Counted from the stretch's first letter, positions 1 to 13,497 are shown. The stretch is DNA of 64,000 nucleotides from Camelus dromedarius (GCF_036321535.1 NC_087437.1:7502001-7566000); one strand, 5' to 3'. Notes: generated from the sequence alone by a model not told the origin. A program made the numbers and translations.

Positions 1-1150
1 TAGGAAAATCACCACACGAATAAAAAAAGTGAGAAAAAAAAAAACCCCAGCAATTTCCACAACACCAGAGAGAGGTAGAAATCAGAATTTAGAGCATACA
101 ATATATCATCTAAAATACCCAAATTTCAACAAAAAATATAAGGCATGCAAAGAAATAAGACTATGTGGCAAATATAGAGAAAGAAAGTACCTCTCTTTTG
201 ACGGCAGCTCTCTGAGGAGGCCCAGATGTTGGACTTACTAGCAGACAAAGAAAAGCAGCTATTACAATATATAAAAGGAAACCGTGTTTAAATAATCAGA
301 GGACTGTATGGTAACAAACAGAGAATATCAGGAAGGAGACGGGAATTATAAAAATTAATCAAATAGAATTTTAGGTGTTGAAATAAAAAAATCACTAGAA
401 CAGCTCAACAGAAGGTTTCAGAGAGCAATGAAAGAATCAGCAAACTTGAAGTGGATCGATAAAGATGATCCAATCCAAAGAACAGGAAGAAAAAAAATAG
501 AGTAAAAAATGAATAAAGTGTGTGGGGCAACATGAAGTGTACTGATGAGTACAAAGGGTATCAGAAAAGGAGGAGGAAAGGGAGCAGAAAAAAATATAAG
601 AAGATAAAATGGCTAAACACCTCAAAATGTGATTACCAAAAGGAAGCATTAAGAAACATACCCAGAGAGCTTAATGAACTCCAAGTGCGATGACGTATTC
701 AAAATGCTGAAAGAATAAAACTGTCAACCAATAATTCTGTACCGAGCAAAACTATCAGTCATGAATGAAGGCAAAATTAAGGCATGTCCAGACACAAAGA
801 TGGAAAGAATTCACTGCTAGCAGATTTTCACAAGAAATACTAAAGGAAAGCATTTCAGAGTGAAGGGAAATGACACCATATGATAACTTGAATCCACACA
901 AAGAAAGAACACCAGTGAACATACTTATGTTAAGAAATACAGAAGAGTAAGTAAAAAATACTTACATATAACTAAATATGTAAGTATAAACATATACTTT
1001 TTCATTTTTCTTGTCTTAACTGATTTAAAAGACAATTGCATAAAACAAAGATTGAAAAACCATATTTGGGGGCTCACAATGTATATATGACAAAAGGATA
1101 GGAAGGGAATAAATCTGTGTTGGATAAAGATTCTCTATTTCACTGGAATC
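1..1150 (+). mobile_element. Old degraded LINE-1 (5' region/ORF1 remnant)
   Basis: A-rich plus strand with L1 ORF1-like motifs (ctgtcaaccaataattctgtaccgagcaaaacta; aatgaaggcaaaattaagg). No intact ORF. Confidence 0.7.
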
Positions 1151-3211
1151 AAAGGGTGAGAGGGGAACTAGGAACAAAGAGATGCTTTAGGAAGTTATTC
1201 CAATGCTAGAAAATGGTCACTTAGGGACCCACCTCGGCAGTAAACTGGAGATGATTTGAGAGGGATCAAGAGAAACAAATTTGGCAAAGGATTGGAACAA
1301 AGGAACAGGCAAGTGGGAGGAAGCATAAATTAAAGAAAATACAAATCAGGTTGAAAGGGGAGAAGTACCCGTTAACATAACTGGAAATATGGACACTTTA
1401 TTGTAGATTTATTTCGATTGATTTCCAGTCTTAGGGTTCCCTGAAAGCCAGGTCTTGAGGGATGGAAGAAAGGCAGGTAAGTTTGACAAGCCTAACCTCT
1501 CCATCCCAGACCATATTAGTCACCACAGTGGAAACCACACTTGAGTTACTCATGAGTCTCAGCAAGAAGTGCACACCAAAGATGCCAACCGCACTGGCAT
1601 TTAATGAAAGTCCTTCGTGTTTCAAAATATCGTCCAGCACTGGCGCTTATTAATGAGAATGACTCTATTTCGACTCAGTTTCACTTAATTTTTAAAAAAC
1701 CCAATAGTGCAATAGCTTGATGATGAATACAGAGAAAACCACTAACATTTCAGATTTGGAAGAGAACAGGAGAGCAAGTGAGGAGAGAAGACTCAGTCAC
1801 GCAATCCGGCTGGCAGGCTGCCAGGAGAACCCGGCTTCCATCTGATCACATGTCTAAGCCTCGCCGCTGACGTTGCCTCATTCCGTCCTTCCTACAGGTG
1901 GAGTGATCACTTACTTTCTTCCTTTCTTTTTTCTTCCCAGTATTAACTCTTTTTGAATAGCTTCCTGAATGTATGAGAGCATTTAAAAAATATCAGGGCA
2001 CATTTTTATTATATCAAAAGATAAACTTTTTCCAATGGTCCATCCCCCATTAAAATGACTCTGGAAATTTTGACGAGACGTCTGGATCTCTGACACCCAG
2101 AAACCTATGTAGCTCAGCCACTGGAAACCAGAAGTTGGGAATCTTCTTGGTTTGCAATTCCTTATTGCACACACAGATAGGACTTATGCGTTTATTTGGA
2201 GGAACACTGACTTCTAGAAAGTTGCTTTGATGATCAGCAGGAGAAGTTACTGTAAAGACCTGTTCAGGCAGCTGTGATGTTAGTCGCCTCTCGCTCCCAA
2301 AAGAAAATCGTGGTTGAGGAAGAGTTCAGCAAAGACTCAGGTCACAGATATGATGAAAACCACAAACGTTACTTGGAGTTGTTTGTGAATCATTCCTTTT
2401 AAAGTAACCTTTAAAATTGTACACAAATTTAAAGAAAAATTTTTAAAGAATGTAATTTGACAAAAATAGTTTTAGAAGGCAGTATCTATCAAAATTTTAA
2501 AATATTTAAATTTAAAAATATTCTCTGAATGTTCAGTCAGCATTCACTCCATCGGAATGGGAGCAACACCAAGGAGGAGTGTTTCACACTCTTATTTTGC
2601 TGTAGGAGAGGCACCCTACTTTCCCAACAGACAGACGGCTTTGCCTGCTGAGGGCTTGCAGGGTAGATAACCAGACCTTGCCTACACTAACCATAGTTTT
2701 GTTTTCTAATAATTTGTAACTTCTTGCCTACTGAAAAAGCACAAAGGGCATTACACTGCTATTTAATTGAATCCTCTCACTAATTCTGCAAGGAAGACAT
2801 GACTATCTGCATTCTACGGCTGAGGTGGCCAAGTCTTATACAATTTGAGTGATTTTCTCAGGATCAGCCCTATAAGCCCAGACTAGACTAAGGGAGGGAG
2901 ACCTGGACAGTTTCCAATGGAATCAACTTGCATCCAGGACTAAAACATTACCCAAATACTTGGAAAATTTCTTGACAGTTAATCCGAGAATTCACGTTGG
3001 ACTCTTTGCCATCACTTGGGAATGTCATTAGGTCACTTGGGCTGAGGAGAGGAAAACACAAACAAGACTGCGAGACACTTCGATGGGTGTTGTTCCCATT
3101 CCGATGGAGGAAATGCTGACTGAACCTTAAAAGAATATTTTTAAAATTTAAAATTTTTAAATGTTGATAGATACTGCCTTCTAAAAATATTTTTGCCAAA
3201 TTACATTATTT

Positions 3212-3862
3212 TTATATAATTTTAAAGGTTGCACTCCATTTACAGTTATTCCAGAATATTGGCTATATTCCTCTGTTGTACATACATCCTTGAGCCTGTC
3301 CCCACCCCTCTGTTGCCCCTCCCAGCTCCCCTCTCCTCCGCTGGTAGCCTCTAGTTAGTTCTCTAATTCTGTAAGTCTGCTTCTCTTATGTTATAGTCAC
3401 TAGTTTGTTGTATTTTTTTAGATTCCACATATGAACAATATAATACAGTATTTATCTTTCTCTGTCTGACTTATTTCACTTAGCTTAATGCCCTCCAAGT
3501 CTGTCCATGTTGCTGCAAATGACATTATTTTATTTCTTTTATGGCTGAGTAGTATTCCACTGTAGAAATACACCACATCTTCTTTATCCAGTCATCTGTT
3601 GATGGACATTTAGTTGTTTCTGTGTCTTAGCTACTATAAATAGTGCTTCTGTGAACATTGGAGTGCATGTATTTTTTCAAGCTAGTGTTTTTTGTTGTTA
3701 TTGTTGTTTGTGGGGGGAGGTAATTAGGTCTATTTTTTAGAGGAGGTACTGAGGATTGAACCCAGGACCTCATGCATACTAAGCATACACTCTACCACTT
3801 GAGCTATACTCTCCCTCCTCCCCAGTGTTTTTGTTGTTTTGATACATACCCAGAAGTGGAAT
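3212..3862 (-). mobile_element. LINE-1 3' fragment, interrupted by a SINE
   Basis: Typical antisense L1 3' sequence (tagattccacatatg...tctgtctgacttatttcacttagc...ggctgagtagtattcc). Confidence 0.85.
3700..3823 (-). mobile_element. tRNA-derived SINE (camelid Vic-1-like)
   Basis: gaggtactgaggattgaacccaggacc...ctctaccacttgagctatac, flanked by a TSD-like agtgtttt(t)tgttgtt. Confidence 0.85.
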
Positions 3863-3949
3863 AAAATCATTTTTTTTTAATAGAGCTGCATTGTTAGTTT
3901 CCCAAAGACCTCACCTGCCTTCATCAAGCCTCAGTCGTGTGGTGCTATT

Positions 3950-4325
3950 GGCCGGGTGTCTAGAACGCATTTTCTGAGATGGAGTTAGCGTGCTGGCAGT
4001 TAATTAGGGCATAATCTCTGGATCAATACCTATAGAAGGGGAGGGAAGGAAGGAGGATTGGGCTAAGGAAGAAGGTAAGCTGGGATGGGAATTCGACAGA
4101 GGCCTCAGCCAGCCCAGAAGGTTGTTGTCCTGACTTGAGCTGAGCGGCCAGGTCTTACCTATGCCTGTCAGCCAGCTGTTGGATGATATGGTCAGTTGCT
4201 TTTGGAAGAGGTGTGACCCTGGGCAGAAGATTACTGAGAGAAATATCTGGAGACTCCCAGGCATTGCAAGAAAACAACCCTCATTCTTGAAGTGAATTCT
4301 GGGTGGCCTGTAGGTGCCAGCTACA
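3950..4325. mobile_element. Ancient ERVL-type solo LTR (LTR16-like)
   Basis: tctgagatggagttagcgtgc...ggatcaatacctatagaaggggagggaaggaaggaggattgggc resembles the LTR16 family as recalled. Confidence 0.6.
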
Positions 4326-4979
4326 ACGTGTTAATGATGAAGCTTGTCTTCCAATTCAGAAAACCTATCTGACTCTAAGCATGTGCCTTTTCCCTTATGC
4401 TGTTTTGCCTGTCTGAATGCACAAGGGATACTGTGGGTGACTAGTACCAAAGTTTTACCCTCACTAACCAGGCTTCAGAGTATCTTAAAGAGCAAAGTTT
4501 TGCTCTTGGTTGCTCAAGGAGATGTTTGGCTGGGCTGCAACAACCGCAGACTAGATGTGTGAGGAGACATGCTACAGCAGGATATTTCCCCCATGTTCCA
4601 GAGAGGATGAAGTCATTCAGAGAAGCCACCCAAGGTGCAGGCACGCGGAGACGGACGCCAAGCCTCTGTAGTAGGCAGGCAGCCCTGGAGGCCTTCCCGA
4701 CCCCAGGGGAGCGCTCTGCAGAGATGAGAGCTGGCTTCCTCGTCAACTCCCTCCAGCCTTTGCTTCCAACCTGAAAAAGGCATTTGCAGCTTTGCAAGGG
4801 AATATGGTCAGTGCTACTAGACACACGCTTTTGTTTTCCCCCTTCCCAATGGCTGAAGTTTCCCTGCAGGGAAGCCAGGGCAAGTTAATGGTGATTCTTG
4901 AATGCATCCCCCTGGCCAATGAAGAATGAACCGAAAAGGAGAAGCCGGATATTATCCAAACCAGAATATGGGGTCTTCA

Positions 4980-5600
4980 GGTTGGGTTCCTGTGCAAGCA
5001 GAGCCTGAGATTTAAGTGCCAGCAGACTTGGAGGGGGATGGGTGATAGGGAGGTTATCCCAGGAAGCAAGAAAGAAACAAGGAGAATGAAGCAAAAAAGG
5101 AGCTTGAAAAGGTTTGGAGAAGGTGGCGTGTATAGCTTAGTGGTAGAGCACCTGCTTAGCATGCACAAGGTCCTGGTTTCAATCCCCAGTACCTCCATTA
5201 AAAACATATAAATAAAGAAACCCAATTACCTCCCCATCAAAAAAAAAAAAAGTAATAATAAAGTGTCTGTTGTTTGAGCTGGTTATTGCTGTGGGCAAGT
5301 GGGACTCAGTCCCACTGAAGACTGAGAAACCTTGCAGAATGCCCCTCAGAATTGCCCCACCAAAGAATGGGTGCCTGGGGCATTTTTGTTAGTGATCCCA
5401 ATCTCCCACTGTGTAGTGGTGTCCCCTGCGGAAAGCTCCCTCAGCTCTAGAGAAAGCGTTGAGTAAGAACTGCTGTGGGTCCAGGTGTGACGCCATCCGC
5501 CTGCAGAGGAGCTGTCCACCACGGCTGCTGCTGAAGTCAGACAGGGCCAAGGAAAGGCTGTGGAGAGCTCCGAAGAAAGGTGTCGGCTACAGCTGATGGT
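4980..5600. mobile_element. Ancient ERVL-type LTR (LTR16/LTR33-like), interrupted by a SINE
   Basis: gttgggttcc...aagcagagcctgaga...gggaggttatcccaggaagca. Confidence 0.55.
5122..5251 (+). mobile_element. tRNA-derived SINE (Vic-1-like)
   Basis: A-box tagcttagtgg, B-box-like ggtttcaatccc, then ccaattacctcccc and a poly(A) tail. Confidence 0.85.
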
Positions 5601-6709
5601 TGTCTGGTAGACGTCTGGATGGTTGTTTGAAGGACAGGCTCTCACAGGAGCAAGAGTGAAGAGGTGGTCACTGGATTGTCAGTTCTGCTCTTCAGTGTTC
5701 CTGCTCTCCGATCTCCGAGGCTCATGGGAGCTTCCTCCTGCGTCCACATTAGGAAATATTTGCACCCTTAGGGATCATTTCTCTAGGACATTGATGGGCT
5801 TCTTGCTTTCAGTTCTGGCTCAGTCCTCCAAGATGCAAGGGTAATTTACCTGAACCAAGTCTCTCTTCTCATCCCCAATAAATATTGTCTCCTGCTCCTG
5901 CCCAGATGGGCAGGGGTCATGTGGGCATATGAGTAAACCCTGTTTGCAAAGGTGGGGAGATTTCTCCAAATTACACATGTTTTAAGGGATTGGCTTGATC
6001 AATGTTTACTAAAAGAGCCAGTTACCAATTAAAATGTCATTTTAGTGACCCTTTGTTTTGTCTGCTGAAGTCAGCCTTAGCTATGGGAAAGGGACACCGG
6101 AGTTGGACTTCACCACTTTATTAGAAGTAACTTTATTACTTCCTTGGGTTTCAGTATATCTTATCTCTAAATTCTACGATTTCTTTTTGTATCATGAAAT
6201 GGGCTTCTATTTCATTTTTTTTCCCATGGATTTCTGTTTTATTTTTTTCAATTACTTAGGCAGTTGAGATATGACATTTCACTTCTTTTTGATTCCTCAA
6301 ATATAATTCAGTAAAGGGTGGAGAGAGAGCTAAACTGTAAAAGCAGACACCTTTTCATTGCAACCCAGTTGGCTTTTCTCCTACTGTTTGAGAAACTCTG
6401 ATAACATTCATGCTTGCAGAGATCTTCCCCCTTAACTTTTTTTTGGCTGTTTTACTGCACTGAACCTCGAAATGCATTTTTTTCAGCACAGAAAAGCAAG
6501 GCCATCTCCTCTGACTGACGTTTAGAGAAGAAAAACAAACATGAGGGTAGGTTTTAGGCTTCCTTCCTTATTACCTGTTAAATGTGTGATTACGAATAAA
6601 ATGGTTCAGACTCTAAAACTCAAATGCTGGCTATCCATGGTTATTCAATCAAGGACACAATATATAATTTAAAAAAAAAACAGTGAACTAGCTTTCTTTG
6701 TGTGTCGTA

Positions 6710-7035
6710 ACTCTCACAGTAATGTTAGTCGCATATACAGATAGAGACACTGAGGCATGTAGACATTAAATAACACTCTCACAGTCTACACAGCTGCCAA
6801 GTAGAAGAGCCAGGATTCAAACCCAAGAAGTCTGGTTCTAAGAACCCATACTCTTTCTTTTTTTTTTTTTTAAATAAAAGTTATACGGCCAACTACAATA
6901 GCTAATACATATATGAAAAAAATTAGCTGACATACTGTTTGTGCTTAAAAAGCAGATTATCTTAGGGAAAACAACGGAGATATTGAAGCCAAATGAAGAA
7001 CCCACGCCTTTACCACCATCTTGTGCTGTCTCTTA
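6710..7035. mobile_element. MIR SINE split by a younger insertion
   Basis: tacagatagagacactgaggc...agagccaggattcaaacccaag. The MIR end resumes after 6996. Confidence 0.7.
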
Positions 7036-7489
7036 GCTAAAACTCTCTCTGCGAAAGCCTTGGCATGAATTCACTTCTACCTTGTCAAGCTGTCAGGAAG
7101 CTAAGGACACTAACATTTTTTAGACAAACTGTTTTAATTTGTTTGAAAATGAGCAGTAAAGCAAGAAACTTTCTGATGAGTCTCATCTTTGTACACGTGG
7201 TCTAATTTCAGCAATTCTGATTTTCCCGCAAATCGGAACCCAAGGATCCACTTGTGTATTTTCCTAAGATCCTGCCAAGTATCCTAAATGTGAGGGCCGC
7301 AGTTTAGAGATACTTTTAGTCACAGTAAAATGTGATTAAAATAGGAATTCTGCTAGTGAATTTTGACCTGTTTACGTCTTAAAAGCACGAGAAAACCGCC
7401 CTAACATTGCTAATAGCAGCTGTGTGTTGGCAAGCATGCGTACAGCAATTCCACTCATTTCTTTTTTCAGATGTAATGAAGTCTACTTT

Positions 7490-7504
7490 CCACTAGATGG
7501 CAGC
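7490..7504 (+). promoter_or_regulatory. CTCF binding motif
   Basis: CCACTAGATGGCAGC matches the CTCF core. TGTAATG about 18 nt upstream resembles the upstream (ZF9-11) module. Confidence 0.7.
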
Positions 7505-8009
7505 GTTGCCACATGACCCTCCAACCTAAGACCAGTCTGAGAACTAATGGGAGACCGGTTCCTTTTTGGAAATAGTGGAACGGTTAAGAAGATGCAAATA
7601 AGGGCTAACAACGAATCTACTTCTCTGATTTCAGGATTAGATCCCAAGATTTGTGGACGAAAAGACTAACATGGAGGTGAGAGAACTGTCCTTCGCTCAA
7701 CGGCGCAATAGGTGTCAATAGAAGTCGTCCTAGGGAGAATTTGTTGCTTTCTGCTCCTCGAAAAGTTGGAATCATTAGGAGAAGCTTCTTTGGAGACCCC
7801 TCAGAAAAAATATCTATAATTACACACTGAAGTACCTGACTTCTTGTAGCTCTTAAATTACATGATTAATTTGTAACCACATATAATTATATGATTATAA
7901 GATAAAATATTGCTAATAAGCCTTGCGTGTGTGCATAATTTTTTCTTCAAAACCTCCATTTTTTCCTCTAAAACATGAGATTTAGGGGGTGAATAAAATG
8001 TTAATAATC

Positions 8010-8355
8010 TTTTTAAAAAAGGAAAAAAAAGAGGACACTAATGAACTCACCTACAAAAGAAACAGACTCACAGACATAGTAAACAATCTCATTTGTTTAC
8101 AACCCCAGGGGACGGGGTGGGAAGGGATAAATTTGGGAGTTGGAGATTTGTAACTGTTAGCCACTCTGTATAAAATAGATTTTTTAAAAACAAATTTCTT
8201 CTGTGTAGCGCAGAGGATTATATTCAATATCTTGTAATAACCTAAAATGAAAAAATTTGAAAATTCATGTATGTATGTATGTACATGACTGGGACATTGT
8301 GTTGTACACTAGAAATTGACACATTGTAACTGACTATACTTCAGTTTAAAAAAAG
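8010..8355 (+). mobile_element. 5'-truncated LINE-1 3'UTR
   Basis: aatgaactcacctacaaaagaaacagactcacagacatag...tgtaactgactatacttca with an A-tail. TSD-like gttaataatct / gttaatagtct. Confidence 0.85.
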
Positions 8356-9921
8356 TTAATAGTCTCAATATTATTCTATTTGGTTCTTTAGTCACTTAAC
8401 ATCTATCTTTTTCCTTATCCCAGAAATGCCTCAGCTAATATTTATCCCTGTTAAACTCAGTTCAAGGCCAACGTTCTATATCAAAATTCCCCAGGTAGCA
8501 TGTCCTGGTCCCTGCTGGAGAGAAGCTGATGGCATTAGAAGGGAGAGAGGAATGTCCTATCTCACAGAGCCCAGAGAGGCAGACATCTCCCTGCCTTCTT
8601 GCAGGGAAATCTTGACCACATTGTTTTATAGACACAGAGACCACTTCAGGCAAATTAGTCACTAAAAAGGCTTTTGCGGGTTGGCTTGGGAACCGACCAC
8701 CACGTATGTGCTTGTGGGAAATAGACTGAGCGGTGCAAACTGTTCAAACAATTGGGCTACAAACAGCTTCGAGACTGGAGCCTGAAAAGGATGTTTTCAT
8801 TTTCGGTTGGCTTCCTACAGTTTTCATCAGCTCTCCCAGGTCAGATGTCTCCTGATGTTTCAGGTTGTCTTGCTCCAACTGTCTGCTCACAAAGCGGTAA
8901 TTACGGCATGACACAGATTCAGGAGGACAGCACAGCTTTATGATGACCTTCCTGGAGATGAAAACAAAAAGCTGTCTGTAAAACCCTGCATTGGGCGGGG
9001 GCGATGGTGGGGCACTGTCTAGGTGAGTGTTTTGTATAGTGTGTAATAAAGACCAGTGATTCTGAAAAAGCATCATCAAACGTCAAAGAGATACAGCAAA
9101 GTCTTAATCTATGTACAACATATATGCAACTCACATAATTATAGACTTTTTAATCTTTTCATGCTTATGTCTGTCTGTCTGTCTTTCCTTCTTTCTTCTC
9201 TTTCTTCCTCCCCTCCTTCCTTTAGCAAAAATACAGTGCATATCCCTGTGTCAGTTACTATATAAGGGCCATAGTCAAGATACAGTTAACATGTTACAAA
9301 GCAAGGAATTCCTCACTCATTATCCAGCAGATAACTTAAAACCACAGGAAAGCACTATATACAGACTGAAGTTACATTTAAAGATTTACAACAACATGTC
9401 AAGCTCCTCCCTGTATGCTGTTGTGTAAGTTAGAGCATTCAACTCAGAACCTTTTGAGTTGAAGAAATAGATGCGGAGAAGTTGGGGGTCTTGTTTAAGA
9501 GCATATGGCGAATTCCTCAGCCAGGATTCAAATTCACTTCTCTTGCACTGGTGTCCAGTGTACTCCTACTGATTACAGTCAGAAATGAATGCCCAGATGT
9601 TTTCTCAGTTTTAAAAATCAGCCTCCCCTTAGTACTCTCTAGTGACTAAGCCAGAAGATGAGGCAAATTGTGATAAAATCTGCTCTGTTAAGGGCAACTG
9701 ACTACCTATAACTCCTTGATCCCCGGAGCTGCCTGGGGCAACTATGGCTCCCAAGACAGTAAGACAGTGTCAGCACCTCAGCCTTGTTATATGCGGGTAC
9801 TTGGAAGAACAGCCTGCTCTCCAGGACCGAAACCACTTAACCTAGCAAAGACGATTTCCAGGTCTCTGACAATTTGAGTAAGAATGTGTTTGGTTCTTTT
9901 GTTTTTTTAAAGACAACCCAA

Positions 9922-10053
9922 TTTTTCTTTTCTTTTTTTCGGTGGTAGGGGGTAATTAGGTTTCTTTATTTATTTAATGGAGATGCTGGGGATTGAACCC
10001 AGGACCTTGAGCATGCTAGGCAGGCACTTTTCCACTGAGCTATACCCTCCCCC
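9922..10053 (-). mobile_element. tRNA-derived SINE (Vic-1-like)
   Basis: T-rich tail, then gggtaattagg...ggggattgaacccaggacc...ccactgagctataccctccccc. Confidence 0.85.
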
Positions 10054-11618
10054 TTAATAAGACTGTGTTTGAAAGCCAAACTTTGCCCATACTTGTGAAA
10101 GACGAGGACTAGGATAGAGTAGAAAGAATTTCTGTTCAAGAGATGCAGGCAGACAGGGGACTTCAGGTATGACAGCCAAGTCAGAGACCGAAGTGGAGGT
10201 CATCCTGATAAATTCCACCAAAGAGGTGCTTTCCATCTTCACAATGATTGGGTGACAGCTGTCCAAGGTGGGGGCTACCCACCCCTAGAGGAAGCCTGGA
10301 GGGAAACATGATTCAAGGCAGCGGAGACTTCATAAAAATGCCCAGCATTGGGCTTATGCCTGAGTCCTCCCCAGGTTTTGGTGGCAGCAGGGGGTGCTAA
10401 GCCTAGTGTCTAAAGCTGTAGAGGTTTCTGTAATGATTTCTGCCTCTGCGTTGGAGGAGGGGCTGATACACGGCTTAAGCAAAGCCAGTTTTTCTGCAGC
10501 TTTGTTTTCTAAGTGACAGTCCCAAGTATGCCAGAGAGATGTCATTCACTGGGTTCTTCCTGTGTTAGTGTTGACTTGGTAGATGACACAGGACCAGATG
10601 CCCCCATCATCTGAAATGAGCTTTCGCATAAAATGGAAAATACACAACAACTCAGCTCTTTTATAGTCATGTTATACCCCTCCTTGGGCTATAGTTCCCA
10701 TGCGTAATTTATCCATAAAGAAAATGTAGCTTAATATTGGGGACTTGAAAATTTAATTTCCCATTGCTTTGAAATAAGTGTCTTCTGTATGAAATGGTAC
10801 CTTAATGGAAGAAAGACCTTTGAAAGGAAAAAGATGTCACTAGCAATTCTTACAAGCAGCATTTTTAGTGTATGAAAAATAGCTTTAGTTCATGGTCACT
10901 TATGACTTTGAAAATACCACTGTGGCGCAAAGACTTTTCACATGCAGATATTATATTTTAAATATCTCAATAAAAATCCAGTGACACACATAAGTAACTT
11001 GTAAGAAACATACAGAAACAGGCGGCATCACCAATTTGATGGATACTGAGAAAGAATCCTAATTTGAAAATTGGTTCAGTGAGCTACACATTATTCTCAT
11101 TTTCAGCTTCTACATCTAATAGTCCTATTGTCACTGGAAAATTGCTTCCTTTTTGAATGATGAGAGAATGAGCTTGAATCTGCTCAATCAGATTCAGGAA
11201 GATGCTAATGTATTTTCTTAAACTCAGAAAGAATATATTTTGCTGGAGTCTAAACCAGGAGGCTTTCCTTCCACCAGCTGTAATTATATGAAGGTATCTT
11301 CCTCAAGCTAACTTTTCTTGACTGTGACTCCACACTCTTAGGGGTAACTCAAGCCATCTCTCACCCTCGCTCCAACACAGAAAGAGACAATCTGAGGTGG
11401 GTTAAAGGTATACAATGAAATGCAAAGGAAGTGAGGGGTCACCACTGTTCACTTCCCTCCAAGGGAACCCCTACCTTGGCACAATTATAGGATTGCCTTC
11501 CACCTACCAGGACATTGCTCCTGTCAGCTGATCTGATTGGTCTAGTCTGGCTTGTCCATGAAAGGCAGCCCCAAACTCGGAAAACAACTCTGTTGCTATT
11601 TTTTCTTTCTTTTTTTTT

Positions 11619-11657
11619 ATTATATATATATATATATATAATATATATATATATATA
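11619..11657. repeat. (TA)n microsatellite
   Basis: Dinucleotide run with one interruption. Confidence 0.9.
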
Positions 11658-11989
11658 AAAATTTAGAAATTTTTTCTCTATGTTTTAAGTTTATCTTCTG
11701 ACACACTTCTCTTGTGTCCATATCAAAGAAAGTCTGGAATAAGGGCTACAAGTCTAGACCACATCATCATTTAGGAAGTGCTCTCACATGTTATCTCCTG
11801 GCCACAGCATTACCTCCATTTATCTTTTGCAAAAGGAGGACTCAGGCTCCAAGCAGGTTATCAGGTTGATCTCAAGGTCATACAGGAAAAAAAAAAAAAA
11901 TACAGAACCAGAACAGGAGACTAGCCCCTCCCAATTCCTGCTCCTGATTCTCAAATTCAACACAGATTCGAATCCTGGAGGAATCCTGG

Positions 11990-12141
11990 AGGAGGAACTG
12001 TTAGAACGCTGATCTCCAAGGGCCGCAGCCAGAGTTCCTGAGTCAGCACATCTCGGGTGGAGACAAGCATCTGCCTTTCAAACAAATTTCCAGGTGATGC
12101 TGATGTCACTGGTCCGGGGACCACACTTTGAGAACCACTGG
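11990..12141. mobile_element. MER5A-like hAT-Charlie MITE
   Basis: ccaggtgatgctgatgtcactggtccggggaccacactttgagaaccactg is the characteristic MER5A end. Confidence 0.8.
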
Positions 12142-12759
12142 AAACTGCTACTGGCACATGCCTGCTTTATTCACACGCCCCCTGCTCCAGACCCAGACAG
12201 ATTGCATAAAATGAAAACAAAAGTGTGATTAAAAGGAGAGGGGAGAGAATTAAACTCCCCTTAGGCTTGTTACCCTCCTTCACCTCAGAGTCCAGATTTT
12301 GCTTCCTTGCTGCTGTACCAACATGTCCTGAGATTTAAGTGGTCACAGCCAGAGGCTGTGGGGAGAGGCGAGTAGGTGGGCTTTGTGTTGAAAAAATAAC
12401 ATTTCCAGAATATGACTCTTTTGGCATTTTCTGTCGATTTCATTTCACACTGTTCTCCCAGCAGGTTTTCAGCATCTGGTCTCCACAGGAAACTCCAGCT
12501 TGACTCTAAGAGTGAGGTAAGTCTTTATTTTTAGCAAGGACGTAGCCACCATCGCTAATTGTGTTTGGTTTTGCTTTAGATTTCAACCTGGATGAATTTT
12601 AAAAGGCACTGAAGCCAAAGGAAAAATAAACAGTCCTGTTTGTGGTGGAGAGTCCTGTTTTATTAGGAATCAGGGAAGTCAGCTAGCTAAAATTTCAGGC
12701 ATTTTTTCAAAGCAAAAATACTATGAGCTTAGGGAGTCACTTGAATTTAAATTCTAGAA

Positions 12760-13010
12760 CAACCTAATATTAAGGAGCACTTATTACGTGCCACAGTTTG
12801 ATATATACCCTCATAAATTAGTTTCTGTAACATTCTCAGCGATTCTAAGAAGCAGGTACTGTCAATAGCTCCATTTTAGAGATGAGGAAACTGAGGTCAG
12901 AAGAGATTAGGTGACCTACCTACGATCACTAAATGATGAAGAGGTGGGATTTGAAACCACTTACAGCTTAGATTCTGTGCCAGGGCTCTGAAGCACTATC
13001 TCTTCACTCA
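12760..13010. mobile_element. MIR SINE
   Basis: Core ccattttagagatgaggaaactgagg...gggatttgaaacc. Confidence 0.8.
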
Positions 13011-13497
13011 ATAACCCAAGCTTTCTGGCAGGAAGTCGCAGGGAAAAGAAAACTAGGAACGAGGACACGGAGCCCAGGTTTGGTGCCATCCCAGGACTTT
13101 GCCGGACAAAGGCAGGAACTTACCATCGTGAGTGCATTGAATTGCATTTGACTTGCAACAGTCTGGGTCCAAGGCTGGTCGTCTCAGACCCTGCCGGACC
13201 CCTGGATACCTTTGTTTGTTTACATTAATTGCCTTAACAACAACCACCACCATAACAAATTAGTGAGCAGTAATGGGAAAACAGCACCAAATGAAATAAT
13301 GTGACTCATACAGAGATAATGAAGAATAAAACAGTTCCGTTTCACCTGATGGGTCTTAGTTTGTTTAGTACGTAAGTCCGGTATCAGTCACTTCTCCTTT
13401 GAAAGAAAAGATCAGTCAAATGCCTGGGCTTTTGTTACATAATGAGTCATTTTGTGACAATAATGGACATCCTGTGGAACATAGTGCCCCTGCACGA

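Noticed and set aside
5122..5200. tRNA-like A/B boxes (also in the other four SINE copies)
   Set aside because: These are SINE heads with tails, not tRNA genes.
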